From: Hydrurus foetidus | Lineage: Eukaryota | Assembly: GCA_900617105.1 (NCBI GenBank) | Contig: UYFQ01000010.1 | Location: 1-64,000, forward strand | Reading direction: 5' to 3' | Length of the DNA: 64,000 nucleotides | Shown here: piece after piece, positions 1 through 9,579 of the stretch | How the letters are laid out: each line of letters starts with the position of its first letter | Position numbering within the stretch: the first letter of the stretch is position 1 | The notes under the pieces: generated by a model | Seen by the model: the letters and a program-made list of their open reading frames with translations, nothing else | What the model was told of the DNA's origin: nothing | Database searches by the model: none | Program-made: the position numbers and the translations under genes

Positions 1-241
1 ATCAAGCTCAATCTTGATAACTACGTCATTGGACAAGAGCGTGCTAAGCGCACTTTGGCCGTGGCGGTGTACAACCACTACAAACGCTTGCGGCACAAAG
101 AAAAAGCCAAAAAAGACGATGTAGAGCTGACTAAAAGCAACATCTTGCTGATTGGCCCCACAGGCTCCGGTAAAACGCTGCTGGCGCAAACCCTGGCCCG
201 TATGCTGGATGTCCCCTTTGTGATGGCAGACGCTACCACTT

Positions 242-272
<31 letters not shown>

Positions 273-1056
273 TGAAAACATCATTCAAAAGCTGCTGCAA
301 AGCTGTAATTACGATGTAGAGCGTGCCCAGCGTGGCATTGTCTACATTGATGAAATCGACAAAATTTCACGCAAATCAGACAACCCCTCCATCACCCGCG
401 ATGTGTCCGGTGAGGGCGTGCAGCAAGCTTTGCTCAAGCTCATTGAAGGCACCATGGCGAGCGTGCCACCACAAGGCGGACGCAAGCACCCTAACCAAGA
501 CTTTTTGCAGGTGGACACCACCAACATCTTGTTCATTTGCGGCGGTGCTTTCTCAGGCTTGGAAAAGGTCATTGGTAACCGCACGGAAGCCTCTGGCATT
601 GGTTTTGGCGCCGCTGTCAAAAGCAAGAAAGAACGCAGCTTGTCGGAAGTGTTCAAAGATGCCGAACCAGAAGATTTGATCAAGTTTGGTTTGATTCCCG
701 AATTGGTAGGCCGCATGCCGGTGGTCGCTACCTTGGCTGAGTTGACCGAAGAGGCGCTGGTTCAAATCTTGACCGAGCCTAAAAATGCCCTTGTAAAGCA
801 GTACAACAAGCTGTTTGGCATGGAAGGCGTTAACTTAGAGATTCGCCCCGCTGCGCTCAAAGCCATTGCCAAGAAGGCCTTGAAACGCAAGACCGGTGCT
901 CGTGGTTTGCGCTCTATCCTTGAGCAGGCGCTGATTGACATCATGTTCGATTTGCCCACCACGTCCAATGTCGAAATGGTGGTGGTCGACGAGTCAAGCA
1001 TTGACGACGACAAACCACCGTTGCTGGTGTACCGCGAAGCGGCTAAAAAAGCCTGA
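1..1056 (+). CDS. clpX: ATP-dependent Clp protease ATPase ClpX (5'-truncated by window edge)
   Basis: Frame open from base 1 ([17 protein letters not shown]); Walker A GPTGSGKT, Walker [24 protein letters not shown] loop. Confidence 0.98.
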
Positions 1057-1180
1057 TGCCCTAACGAGATAACGAGAGAGGGGCAATGCCCTCTCTTTTC
1101 TCGAGTTTAAAAGTTTGCCTTGCGCTTGAAATAGCGGTTTCACATCCGCTGCTCATTCCCCTGAATTTCAAAGGAAAACC

Positions 1181-3613
1181 ATGTCTGGCCAGACTCCCCT
1201 CCCGTCCATTGCCATCGACCTCCCTTTGTTGCCCTTGCGCGATGTGGTCGTGTTCCCGCACATGGTGATACCCCTGTTCGTGGGCCGTCCCAAAAGCATC
1301 AAAGCCCTTGAGGCCGCTATGGAAGTAGACCGCCGCATCATGCTGGTGGCCCAAAAAGCCGCAGCCAAAGACGAGCCTGAAGCCACCGACATGTTCGCGT
1401 CGGGCTGCGTCTCCACCATCCTGCAAATGCTCAAACTGCCCGATGGCACGGTCAAAGTGCTGGTTGAGGGTTTACAGCGTGCCGCTGTGAATGAAATTAC
1501 TGAAGGTGAAGCTTTTTTCACGGCGAATGTGACACCGCTGGACGCGCCTGTCGCGGGCAATGCCAAAGCCACCAGCGAACTTGAAGCTTTGCGCCGTGCC
1601 GTAATGCAGCAGTTTGACCAGTACGTCAAGTTGAATAAAAAAATTCCCCCTGAAATTTTGACTTCTATTTCCAGCATTGATGATGCTGGTCGTCTGGCCG
1701 ACACCATCGCAGCACATCTGCCGCTCAAGCTGGAAAGCAAGCAAGCGGTGTTGGATTTGTCGCAGATTAAAGAGCGCTTGGAAAATCTATTTGAGCAAAT
1801 TCAACGTGAAGTTGACATCCTCAACGTGGACAAAAAAATCCGTGGCCGAGTCAAGCGCCAAATGGAGAAAAATCAGCGCGATTTTTACCTCAACGAGCAG
1901 GTCAAAGCCATCCAAAAAGAGCTAGGTGATGGCGAAGAAGGTGCTGATGTCGAAGAGATCGAAAAGAAGATCATCGCAGCCAAAATGCCTGCTGAAGCCC
2001 GCAAAAAGGCCGATGCTGAGTTCAAAAAACTCAAGTTAATGTCGCCCATGTCTGCGGAAGCGACGGTGGTGCGCAACTACATTGACGTGCTGTGTGCGCT
2101 GCCCTGGAGCAAGAAAACCAAGATCAAACACGATTTGCCTAATGCTGAAACGGTGCTCAATGAAGATCACTTTGGCTTGGAAAAAGTCAAAGATCGCATC
2201 ATGGAATACCTGGCCGTGCAGCAGCGCGTGGACAAGCTCAAAGCCCCCATTCTTTGCTTGGTCGGCCCTCCTGGCGTGGGCAAAACCTCGTTGGGCCAGT
2301 CGATTGCCAAAGCCACAGGTCGCAAATACGTGCGCATGGCTTTGGGTGGCATGCGGGACGAGGCTGAAATCCGTGGTCACCGCCGCACCTACATCGGTGC
2401 GCTGCCCGGCAAAGTTTTGCAAAGCTTAACCAAAGTCGGAGCCCGCAACCCCTTGTTCTTGCTCGACGAAATCGACAAGCTCGGCACCGATTTCCGGGGT
2501 GACCCGTCAAGCGCTTTGCTGGAGGTGCTCGACCCTGAGCAAAACCACACCTTTGGCGACCACTACGTCGAGGTGGATTTTGATTTGAGCGACGTGATGT
2601 TCGTGGCCACGTCAAACTCGATGAACATTCCTTCCGCCTTGTTAGACCGCATGGAGGTGATTCGTCTTTCCGGCTACACCGAAGATGAAAAAACCAACAT
2701 TGCCGTGCGTTACCTGTTGCCCAAGCAGTTGAAGGTCAACGGCTTGAAAGACGGCGAGCTGGAAATCACGGCGGAGGCGGTGCGCGACATCGTGCGCTAC
2801 TACACCCGCGAAGCCGGTGTGCGTTCGCTGGAACGTGAATTGTCCAAAATCTGCCGCAAGGTTGTCAAAGGCTTGTTGCTCAAGAAAATGACTGCCAAAG
2901 TGGTGGTCAATGCGGATAACCTGAACGACTTCTTGGGTGTACAAAAGTACACCTATGGCCGTGCAGAAGCCCAAAACCAAGTCGGCCAAGTCGTCGGTCT
3001 GGCTTGGACGGAAGTGGGCGGTGATTTGCTGACTATCGAGGCTGCAGTGATGCCCGGCAAAGGCATCATCACCCGCACTGGCTCGCTGGGCGATGTGATG
3101 AAGGAATCCGTCGAAGCCGCCCGTACCGTGGTGCGCAGTCGCGCTAAGCTGTTGGGCATCAAAGACGAGACGTTTGATAAAAAAGACATCCACATCCATG
3201 TGCCCGATGGTGCAACGCCCAAAGACGGCCCCAGCGCCGGTGCTGCGATGACGACAGCGTTTGTCTCTGCATTGACAGGCATCCCCGTGCGGGGTGATGT
3301 GGCCATGACGGGTGAAATCACCCTGCGTGGCGAAGTAACCGCCATCGGTGGTCTCAAGGAAAAGCTGTTGGCAGCGCTGCGCGGCGGCATCAAAACCGTG
3401 CTGATTCCGGAGGAAAACGTCAAAGACCTGCAAGAAATCCCTGACAACGTGAAAAGTGGTCTGGAAATCGTGCCGGTGCGCTGGATTGACCAGGTTCTGA
3501 AAGTGGCCCTTGAGCGCATTCCCGTGCCTTTGGCAGACGAAGACGTTGTTGTCTCAGTGGATACCAGCAATCCTCCCCAAGCGGTGCTGTTGGATGAATC
3601 GGTCAAACATTGA
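1181..3613 (+). CDS. lon: Lon protease
   Basis: LPLRDVVVFP N-domain, GPPGVGKT, catalytic PKDGPSAG; canonical clpX-lon order. Confidence 0.99.
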   Translation: MSGQTPLPSIAIDLPLLPLRDVVVFPHMVIPLFVGRPKSIKALEAAMEVDRRIMLVAQKAAAKDEPEATDMFASGCVSTILQMLKLPDGTVKVLVEGLQRAAVNEITEGEAFFTANVTPLDAPVAGNAKATSELEALRRAVMQQFDQYVKLNKKIPPEILTSISSIDDAGRLADTIAAHLPLKLESKQAVLDLSQIKERLENLFEQIQREVDILNVDKKIRGRVKRQMEKNQRDFYLNEQVKAIQKELGDGEEGADVEEIEKKIIAAKMPAEARKKADAEFKKLKLMSPMSAEATVVRNYIDVLCALPWSKKTKIKHDLPNAETVLNEDHFGLEKVKDRIMEYLAVQQRVDKLKAPILCLVGPPGVGKTSLGQSIAKATGRKYVRMALGGMRDEAEIRGHRRTYIGALPGKVLQSLTKVGARNPLFLLDEIDKLGTDFRGDPSSALLEVLDPEQNHTFGDHYVEVDFDLSDVMFVATSNSMNIPSALLDRMEVIRLSGYTEDEKTNIAVRYLLPKQLKVNGLKDGELEITAEAVRDIVRYYTREAGVRSLERELSKICRKVVKGLLLKKMTAKVVVNADNLNDFLGVQKYTYGRAEAQNQVGQVVGLAWTEVGGDLLTIEAAVMPGKGIITRTGSLGDVMKESVEAARTVVRSRAKLLGIKDETFDKKDIHIHVPDGATPKDGPSAGAAMTTAFVSALTGIPVRGDVAMTGEITLRGEVTAIGGLKEKLLAALRGGIKTVLIPEENVKDLQEIPDNVKSGLEIVPVRWIDQVLKVALERIPVPLADEDVVVSVDTSNPPQAVLLDESVKH

Positions 3614-3620
3614 GTGCCTA

Positions 3621-3667
3621 TACTTTTTGTGCCCAACTGGACTTGGGCGCAAAAAGTAGGCTATAAT
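3621..3667 (+). promoter_or_regulatory. Hairpin after lon overlapping a sigma70-type promoter for the tRNA cluster
   Basis: TACTTTTTGTGCCCAA/TTGGGCGCAAAAAGTA inverted repeat; TGGACT(3638)-18 bp-TATAAT(3662) just before tRNA-Gly. Confidence 0.6.
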
Positions 3668-3681
3668 TTGAGGCTTGAAAC

Positions 3682-3757
3682 GCGGGAATAGCTCAGTTGG
3701 TAGAGCGATACCTTGCCAAGGTATAGGTCGAGAGTTCGAACCTCTTTTCCCGCTCCA
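3682..3757 (+). tRNA. tRNA-Gly(GCC)
   Basis: GCGGGAATAGCTCAGTTGGTAGAGC...TTGCCAA...TTCGAA...CCCGCTCCA, 76 nt. Confidence 0.98.
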
Positions 3758-3799
3758 ATTTCGTACTGGAGCAGCGGTTTCAGTGCAGCGTTAGTTCAT

Positions 3800-3875
3800 G
3801 CGGGAATAGCTCAGTTGGTAGAGCGATACCTTGCCAAGGTATAGGTCGAGAGTTCGAACCTCTTTTCCCGCTCCA
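3800..3875 (+). tRNA. tRNA-Gly(GCC), second identical copy
   Basis: Identical to 3682-3757. Confidence 0.98.
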
Positions 3876-3919
3876 ATTTAAAAAATGGAAGTCTTGACTT
3901 CCATTTTTTTATTCAAAGC

Positions 3920-3993
3920 GGCGCGGTAGCAAAGCGGTTATGCCCCGGATTGCAAATCCGGTTAGCGCGGTTCGACTCCGCGCCGCGCCTCCA
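3920..3993 (+). tRNA. tRNA-Cys(GCA); probable prophage attachment target
   Basis: GGCGCGGTAGCAAAGCGGTTATGC, anticodon arm CCGGA-TTGCAAA-TCCGG, ends CCA; integrase follows. Confidence 0.95.
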
Positions 3994-4007
3994 AAAATGT
4001 TGAATGA

Positions 4008-4020
4008 AATCAACGACTTA
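4008..4020 (+). promoter_or_regulatory. IHF-binding consensus in the att region
   Basis: AATCAACGACTTA matches WATCAANNNNTTR, 15 bp after tRNA-Cys. Confidence 0.65.
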
Positions 4021-4021
4021 G

Positions 4022-4046
4022 AAGCCCCGGACCCCCGGGGCTTTTT
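4022..4046 (+). terminator. Intrinsic terminator after tRNA-Cys
   Basis: AAGCCCCGG-ACC-CCGGGGCTT followed by a T-run. Confidence 0.75.
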
Positions 4047-4191
4047 CGTTTCTACGCCAAAAAGCGGTGGCAATACGTACCTCTGCCACACAAAACTGTG
4101 GCGAAACCACACATAGTCGGACTGCACTGGGCGATGAGTCGAGTTTCTGGACCCGGCTGGAGTCACCGGATAGGTGTAATATCGCGCCCAC

Positions 4192-4225
4192 AAAAGGGCC
4201 CCTCTTCGGGGCCCTTTTTTATTTT
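4192..4225. terminator. Terminator-like hairpin directly before the integrase RBS
   Basis: AAAAGGGCCCC-TCTTC-GGGGCCCTTTT. Confidence 0.6.
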
Positions 4226-4236
4226 GGAGTCCATCA

Positions 4237-5379
4237 ATGGCAAGCGTGCAGAAACGCGGTGACAAGTTCCAGCTCAGGGTCGTCAACAAGCTCCTCAGCA
4301 AGCCCTACTACGACTCCTTCGACACGGAGGAGGCTGCCAGAAGTTATGGCCAGCAGCTGGAGCGCCTACTTGAGCAGGGGGTCGTGCCCCTTGAGCTGCT
4401 GGAGGCTGGTCCAAAGGCTGGGCCGACCATGGGCAAGGTGATCGACAACTACTCGACCAATCCCGACGCCACGCCGGCGCAGAGTGACCTAGACCTCCTG
4501 CCGGTGGTGCGCAAGGAGGTGGCCACCATCCGCACGACAGAGCTCACTTACCAGTGGGTGCAGGGATATGTCAGCAAGCTGAAGACGGAGAAGAACCTCA
4601 CGCCTGGCACGATCCGCAAGCGCGTGGGGCTGCTGGCGCGCGTGCTTGACTGGCACCAGCTGCACACGACCGGAGCCAGCCAGCCCAACAGCTTTAGGAT
4701 GCTGCCTCGGGGCTACAGCTTGTACACGCCAACGCAAGCGAAACTAGCTCCAGACGGCGCCAAGGTGGACGCGCGTCGGGACCGTAGGTTGACGAAGGCG
4801 GAACTTGCATCGGTGCGCTCGGCGCTGTCGGGTGTGAAGCGTGACGACAGGGAGCGCCCGCTGAAGCACGACCCCGAGCTTGAGATGTTGTTTGAGCTGA
4901 TCCACGGCACAGGTGCGCGCTTGTTCGAGGCCTACAGGGCTGAGCCTGGTGGGTTCAGTTTTGAGAAGGGTTGGTGGCGCGTGGAGGGCTCGAAGGGGCA
5001 CCGCGGAGTGAAGAAGCCCCGGGTGGTGCCTCTGCGGCCGGAGCTGTTAGAGAAGCTGAGAAAGTTCTGTGAGGGGAGGGCGGAGGGTGAGCCGATGTTC
5101 TCGTTCTGGGACGGTGACCCAAAGACGAGAAAAGCTACCCAGTCGAGACTGACGGCGCGCTTCAGCACGCTGTTCGACTATGCCAAGGTGTCGGGTTTTA
5201 CCGAGCACGACCTGCGTCACAGCGCGTGCTGTGACTGGTTTGAGGAGAGGAACGCCCAGGGGCACTGGACGTTCTCTGATGTGGAAATTGCCAAGATTAT
5301 GGGGTGGGGCAAACTCGACATGGTGCTGCTGTACGCCAGCTTCCGCGCGGAGGATTTGTCCGCGCGGTTGGCAGCCTAG
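4237..5379 (+). CDS. int: Tyrosine integrase
   Basis: TGARLFE (R), EHDLRH (HxxR), MGW...LLY (W, Y); arm-binding-like N-terminus; GGAG RBS. Confidence 0.93.
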   Translation: MASVQKRGDKFQLRVVNKLLSKPYYDSFDTEEAARSYGQQLERLLEQGVVPLELLEAGPKAGPTMGKVIDNYSTNPDATPAQSDLDLLPVVRKEVATIRTTELTYQWVQGYVSKLKTEKNLTPGTIRKRVGLLARVLDWHQLHTTGASQPNSFRMLPRGYSLYTPTQAKLAPDGAKVDARRDRRLTKAELASVRSALSGVKRDDRERPLKHDPELEMLFELIHGTGARLFEAYRAEPGGFSFEKGWWRVEGSKGHRGVKKPRVVPLRPELLEKLRKFCEGRAEGEPMFSFWDGDPKTRKATQSRLTARFSTLFDYAKVSGFTEHDLRHSACCDWFEERNAQGHWTFSDVEIAKIMGWGKLDMVLLYASFRAEDLSARLAA

Positions 5380-5762
5380 AGGCAGCCTGCGTCCAGCAGG
5401 ATGAGGGCTGCGCGCGAGCCGAGTTTCACGTCTGTGTGGTGCGTGCTGAAGTAGGCGACTCGCGCCACGGCCTGCACGGCGCGCACAACTGCTGCGTCTC
5501 CGTCTCCTGACAACTGGCAGAGGTTGTAGTCGTGCCAAATATCTCCGTGTCTCAGCCGCTCGCGGACCAGGTCTCGGGTGCGCTTGGCCTTGGGCACACC
5601 AGAGAAAAGCCAATACAGCCGACGGGTAACGAGGTGGTCTACGATCTCGTCGCGGATGGCAGCGACGCGGGCCTCACGCTTGGTCTGGTATGAGCCACAC
5701 GCGTTCAGCACGGTGGCGGCGTCAACTAGGGTGTAGGCCTCAGCCACGGCGGAATCCTCCAA
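5376..5762 (-). CDS. Hypothetical phage protein
   Basis: Tiles with neighbours; converges on int; start uncertain. Confidence 0.55.
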   Translation of the reverse strand: MEDSAVAEAYTLVDAATVLNACGSYQTKREARVAAIRDEIVDHLVTRRLYWLFSGVPKAKRTRDLVRERLRHGDIWHDYNLCQLSGDGDAAVVRAVQAVARVAYFSTHHTDVKLGSRAALILLDAGCL

Positions 5763-6156
5763 CCAGGTTGGGTAGCAGCGGCACGTTCACGAGGAAGTGG
5801 GCGAAGTCCCTCACCCACCCTGCCCTAGCGATGCGGGCGTTCGCCAGAGCGAAGTCCTCCGCCACTCCTGCCCGCGCTCTGATGGTGGCCAGCTCGATTC
5901 CAACGGCAACGCGCTCGCGCGCGGCAGTGGCCATGGCCTCCAGATCCAAAGGCTTGGACTCAGCCCGCTCGGCCCTCACCAGCTCCCAGTGCAGGACCTC
6001 CGAGTTGTCTGAGTCAAAGTTCATCAGGTGCTTCTCGATGCGTGCCAGGGGTAGCTCGCCGGGGCGCAGTTGGATGTCCACTGCAGTGACGTGCTGTAGG
6101 TGGCCAAGGCCCAAGGCCTTCAGCAGGCTGGTGTTGGGGTCTCGTGACGCGGTCAT
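5740..6156 (-). CDS. Hypothetical phage protein
   Basis: ATGA overlap with upstream gene. Confidence 0.6.
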   Translation of the reverse strand: MTASRDPNTSLLKALGLGHLQHVTAVDIQLRPGELPLARIEKHLMNFDSDNSEVLHWELVRAERAESKPLDLEAMATAARERVAVGIELATIRARAGVAEDFALANARIARAGWVRDFAHFLVNVPLLPNLVGGFRRG

Positions 6157-6446
6157 GCTGTGGCGCCCCCCAAGTTTGGTCGCACACGCTTGGGCACCTT
6201 TGCCGCGCCCGGCACTGCGACAAGGGGTGGTGGACCGGACTTCTCACGGCGCAGGGCGGCCTGCTCAAGGGCTTTCTCGGTCAGTCGCTGCATCAGGGCT
6301 GGGCGGGGGAAGATCCACCCGCCATCACCGTACTTGAGCCCAGGCAGGTCACCTGCGCGGGACTGCTCCTCTACCGTGCGCACCGCGCAACCGAGGAGCG
6401 AGGCTGTAGCCTCGACGCTCAAAATATCCTCAACATTGCTGCTCAT
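6153..6446 (-). CDS. Excisionase-like helix-turn-helix protein
   Basis: LSVEATASLLGCAVRTVEE...GDLPGLKYG..WIF is an Xis/MerR-like wHTH pattern; close to int. Confidence 0.75.
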   Translation of the reverse strand: MSSNVEDILSVEATASLLGCAVRTVEEQSRAGDLPGLKYGDGGWIFPRPALMQRLTEKALEQAALRREKSGPPPLVAVPGAAKVPKRVRPNLGGATA

Positions 6447-6507
6447 AGGTCAGTCTTCTTATTGTTGGGTTGATCGGAGGTGGGGGCACGTTGGCCCCCA
6501 CCTGACT

Positions 6508-6741
6508 TTAGCCTCGCGCGCCGAGGCGGTACTGACGCTTGCCTACGAGGGCCATCTGGCGGCGGCGCTCACGCTTACCGATGTTGGTGTGCTGGCCCGT
6601 GGCGCCGCGAGGCGAGAAGACCAGCACGCCTTCACGCGCATGCAGGTTGTACAGGCGCCGGCTCATGCGACGGCGGCTGTGGTGCTGGGCCTGGCTTTCG
6701 CCTTCGAGGCGCTGAGGGGTGTGGACGTTGTCGAGGTTCAT
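6508..6741 (-). CDS. Small Arg-rich protein
   Basis: 77 aa, SRRRMSRR and KRERRR; A-rich leader. Confidence 0.55.
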   Translation of the reverse strand: MNLDNVHTPQRLEGESQAQHHSRRRMSRRLYNLHAREGVLVFSPRGATGQHTNIGKRERRRQMALVGKRQYRLGARG

Positions 6742-6773
6742 TTTGTTTTTGTTTTTCAGGGTGAGGGGATTGC

Positions 6774-6896
6774 TCAGGCGTCATCGCCCAGCAGGGCTCG
6801 GGCTTCAACGAAGCGACCGATGCGGTAGCCAACGTAGGCGCCGATGGCCACCAACGTGGCCACGCCAACGGAGAGCAGGAAGTTGATAGCGCTCAC
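6774..6896 (-). CDS. 40-aa membrane peptide (below ORF-track cutoff)
   Basis: GTG overlaps upstream TGA; MSAINFLLSVGVATLVAIGAYVGYRIGR... Confidence 0.55.
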   Translation of the reverse strand: MSAINFLLSVGVATLVAIGAYVGYRIGRFVEARALLGDDA

Positions 6897-7312
6897 TTGG
6901 CGACCTTGGGCAGAGGGAATGGCACCTTATCGACGGGCTGGCAGCGACCGTCGTCACCTGCGTAGGCCTTCGTCTGGAAGTCCTTGTCGAGCAGGCAACC
7001 CACGGCGCCGGAGATCGTGCTGCACTTCAGGCCAATCTGTACTGCGGGGTTGTCCTTCGAGATCAGCTTCACGCTGCCCCAACCGTCGCCCTGGGGGCAG
7101 TCGGGCGTCATGGTGCTGTCGGTTTGAGCGACGATGGACGTGTTGGCGAATTGAGGGTTCGCAGCGCGGAAGCCCTGAGCGTTGAACTCGACGTTGGCCT
7201 TGCCCTGCGTGCGGGCTGTCTCCAATGTGTCGAACGAAACTTTGTCCTTGCCGCAAGCGGACAGGAGGGCGGCGGTGATGGCCAGGGCGAGCATTGTTGT
7301 TTTTGTTTTCAT
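6893..7312 (-). CDS. Lipoprotein
   Basis: MKTKTTMLALAITAALLSAC: signal peptide plus lipobox; four further Cys. Confidence 0.75.
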   Translation of the reverse strand: MKTKTTMLALAITAALLSACGKDKVSFDTLETARTQGKANVEFNAQGFRAANPQFANTSIVAQTDSTMTPDCPQGDGWGSVKLISKDNPAVQIGLKCSTISGAVGCLLDKDFQTKAYAGDDGRCQPVDKVPFPLPKVAK

Positions 7313-7328
7313 GGCTTTGCTTTCAGAG

Positions 7329-7670
7329 TTACAGGGAGTTGGTGCCTTCGACGCCGCGAGCGAGGCGGTTGGTGGTGCGCTGTTCGAGCGCATCCAGGGC
7401 TGACTTCAGCCCCGCGATAGCCGTCTCGTTTTCCGAGCAGGGGAACTTCGAGTTGAGGTGCTCGGTACGGTGGATCAGGATGGCAATCAGCTGCTCGTTG
7501 GTGACGCCGTTGTGGCCAGCCTGAGGCACTGGTCCGTGCTGGAAGTGAATGCCACTGCCGACTGCGCCGTTGATCACGGCATAGTCATGGCCCATGACAT
7601 CGTTGCCGTCGATGCTGCTGAGGGCGTTTGCGTAGACAGAGCTGTCTGCTTGGGATGTGTAAATTCTCAT
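7329..7670 (-). CDS. tad1: Tad1-like anti-Thoeris/CBASS nucleotide sponge
   Basis: IHFQHGP...GVTNEQLIAILIHR...FPCSENETAI...LEQRTTNRLARGVEGT matches the Tad1 pattern (FQxG...GV...F.SREN..A...R..DR..R.V.GT) as recalled. Confidence 0.8.
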   Translation of the reverse strand: MRIYTSQADSSVYANALSSIDGNDVMGHDYAVINGAVGSGIHFQHGPVPQAGHNGVTNEQLIAILIHRTEHLNSKFPCSENETAIAGLKSALDALEQRTTNRLARGVEGTNSL

Positions 7671-7794
7671 GTTGTTTTTCTTCTTTCGAGAGTTACGCTG
7701 ACCAGATGGTCAGCAGGGAGGTTGCCAGCTGGGGTTGCTGGACAAGAGCCGTGAGCTTCAATACGAAGCCCTTGGCCATTGACTTCGGGTTACT

Positions 7795-8016
7795 TCACTT
7801 GGCGCCCCGCGCGGCCACGAGCATGCAGTAGTCGGCCTGGGCAGGTCCGGTGGCGCAGCGTGCCGCCATGGGCTCGGCGCCACCCTTCACCAGCTCTGCA
7901 ATCACCATGTTGCGATGGACAGAGCAGGCAGCTGGCGCAGCGATCACAGCTGACAGCGTCAGGCCGGCGATCAGGAATTTGGAAACTTCAGTTAGGTTGT
8001 AGGTCATGGGTTTCAA
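7795..8016 (-). CDS. Small membrane/exported protein
   Basis: Hydrophobic N-terminal segment; start overlaps upstream stop. Confidence 0.55.
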   Translation of the reverse strand: MKPMTYNLTEVSKFLIAGLTLSAVIAAPAACSVHRNMVIAELVKGGAEPMAARCATGPAQADYCMLVAARGAK

Positions 8017-8909
8017 TCTGTTTCGACGAACTGGGCTGCTGCATCGCGGATGCGGCTCTGGATGTCACGACGCTTGGCTATGGACCTCTGCCACGCGGGC
8101 TGGTCGATGTGCTTCTCAATGGCCCCTCGCGCGATGGACACCAGCTCGGGCGGAGAGATTGCGTCAAGCTCCCAAGAGCTGGTGCCGAACCGCTTTTTGT
8201 AGCTGTCAAAGCGAGAGTCGGTGGACTTGGCGGGGTTGGGCGGTGGGTTCAAGCGACTGATCTGGTCGTAGTTCAGCGCCAGGCGGTCCAGCTCGATCCA
8301 AGCGTCGTACTCTTCAGCAAACAACTTGATCCGCTCCTCCAGGTCTCGGGACATGTCGATGCCGCTGGGGTCGTGATCCCCGAGGTGCAGCAGCACGATG
8401 CGCTGACTTTGGTCAGCCGCCTCTTCCACGTCGCGGTCTACGAACTCACGCAGCACAGTGCCGCTTGGGTAGCCTCGGGCGGCCAGCAGGGGCACGTCCA
8501 GCTCGTAGCACAGGTCCTGCAGCACGCCGACAAGGGCTTCCTTCTCGACGATGACAATGGGGCGGTCCTGCTGCGTTGCCCACATGTCCATGTGAAACGA
8601 GCTGGCAGAGGCCTCAAGGATCTGGGCGCCATCCACCCAGCGTGTGCGCCGCACGAAGTCCCGCGTGCGGTCCTCGATGGCGTCCCAATCCAGCAGCCCC
8701 GCCATGCGCGCGTCGTTGACGACGCCGGTGATGGTCTTGTAGCTCTGGGTGGTGTTGGCGATGATGTCGCGGGCCACCAGCTGGTAGTAGAGCTGGCGGA
8801 CGGTGAGCCGAAAGCCCATGGCCTGATACTCGACGATGATCTGGTCACAGATCTCGATTGTTTTCAGGGTGGCAGGTTTGAAGGCGATGTTCTTATATTT
8901 TTGCTTCAT
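8013..8909 (-). CDS. Top6A/Spo11-like (Mini-A type) winged-helix + TOPRIM protein
   Basis: LTVRQLYYQLV (candidate catalytic Tyr helix), IVEKEAL (TOPRIM Glu), LGDHDPSGIDM (DxD). Confidence 0.8.
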   Translation of the reverse strand: MKQKYKNIAFKPATLKTIEICDQIIVEYQAMGFRLTVRQLYYQLVARDIIANTTQSYKTITGVVNDARMAGLLDWDAIEDRTRDFVRRTRWVDGAQILEASASSFHMDMWATQQDRPIVIVEKEALVGVLQDLCYELDVPLLAARGYPSGTVLREFVDRDVEEAADQSQRIVLLHLGDHDPSGIDMSRDLEERIKLFAEEYDAWIELDRLALNYDQISRLNPPPNPAKSTDSRFDSYKKRFGTSSWELDAISPPELVSIARGAIEKHIDQPAWQRSIAKRRDIQSRIRDAAAQFVETD

Positions 8910-8937
8910 GCTTGTTCCTTTGATTTCTACCTATCCG

Positions 8938-9579
8938 TCAATGCTGAGTAGTGCTTCCTTTCACTCGTTGGTAATTGCTGTAGCGGTTTTTGACCAGTAG
9001 GGCTGACTCGAGCGTCAGGCCCGACTTGACCCTGGAGCGCAAAGTTTCAGGGTGAATACTGAACTCTCGCGCCCACTGAGCCACGGACTTAGACTGACCA
9101 GCGTGGGCTATGAGCGGTACATTACGCTTGTTACTGGCTTGTGTGGTTCGATCAGCCCAAACGCAGTTGCCCTTGGAGTAAGGCCCGTCGTTGCACAGCC
9201 TTTCCAGAGTCAGCCCTTCAGGACGTGGACTCATGTCCGCTATGAATTTCTCTGGGTCCAGCCACTCGTCACAAACAGCGATCCCACGACCGCCGTAGTT
9301 TTTGAAAGCTTTGTCATCAGGGTCGGTACACCTCCTGACCATGTTCGACCAAACTGAAAACAGAGGGTTAGAGGTGGCGCCGTTCCGGCTCCGCCTCCTG
9401 CACCCGCACGTGACAAGAGCACCGGACTGAAGGTGCTGAGTCAGAACGTCCACAGTGCCGCCGCAAGAGCATTGGCACTTCCAGGAGTACCTGTAGCCTA
9501 TTTCGGATTTGCTCCCCGTGAACTTCACCACGGTGAGCTTTCCGAACACGCTGCCAGTCAGGTCTTTGCGAGGTTTCAT
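8938..9579 (-). CDS. Free-standing HNH-type homing endonuclease
   Basis: DLTGSVFGKLTV, WKCQCSCG, NYGGRGIAVCDEW, LERLCNDGPYSKGNCVWA; looks AT-richer than flanks. Confidence 0.8.
   Translation of the reverse strand: MKPRKDLTGSVFGKLTVVKFTGSKSEIGYRYSWKCQCSCGGTVDVLTQHLQSGALVTCGCRRRSRNGATSNPLFSVWSNMVRRCTDPDDKAFKNYGGRGIAVCDEWLDPEKFIADMSPRPEGLTLERLCNDGPYSKGNCVWADRTTQASNKRNVPLIAHAGQSKSVAQWAREFSIHPETLRSRVKSGLTLESALLVKNRYSNYQRVKGSTTQH

Noticed and set aside
1125..1160. Sigma32 promoter for lon
   Set aside because: CTTGAAA is present but there is no convincing CCCCAT -10.
3439..3450. CCCTGACAACG in lon
   Set aside because: Single variant explained by the conserved IPDNV peptide in a host gene.
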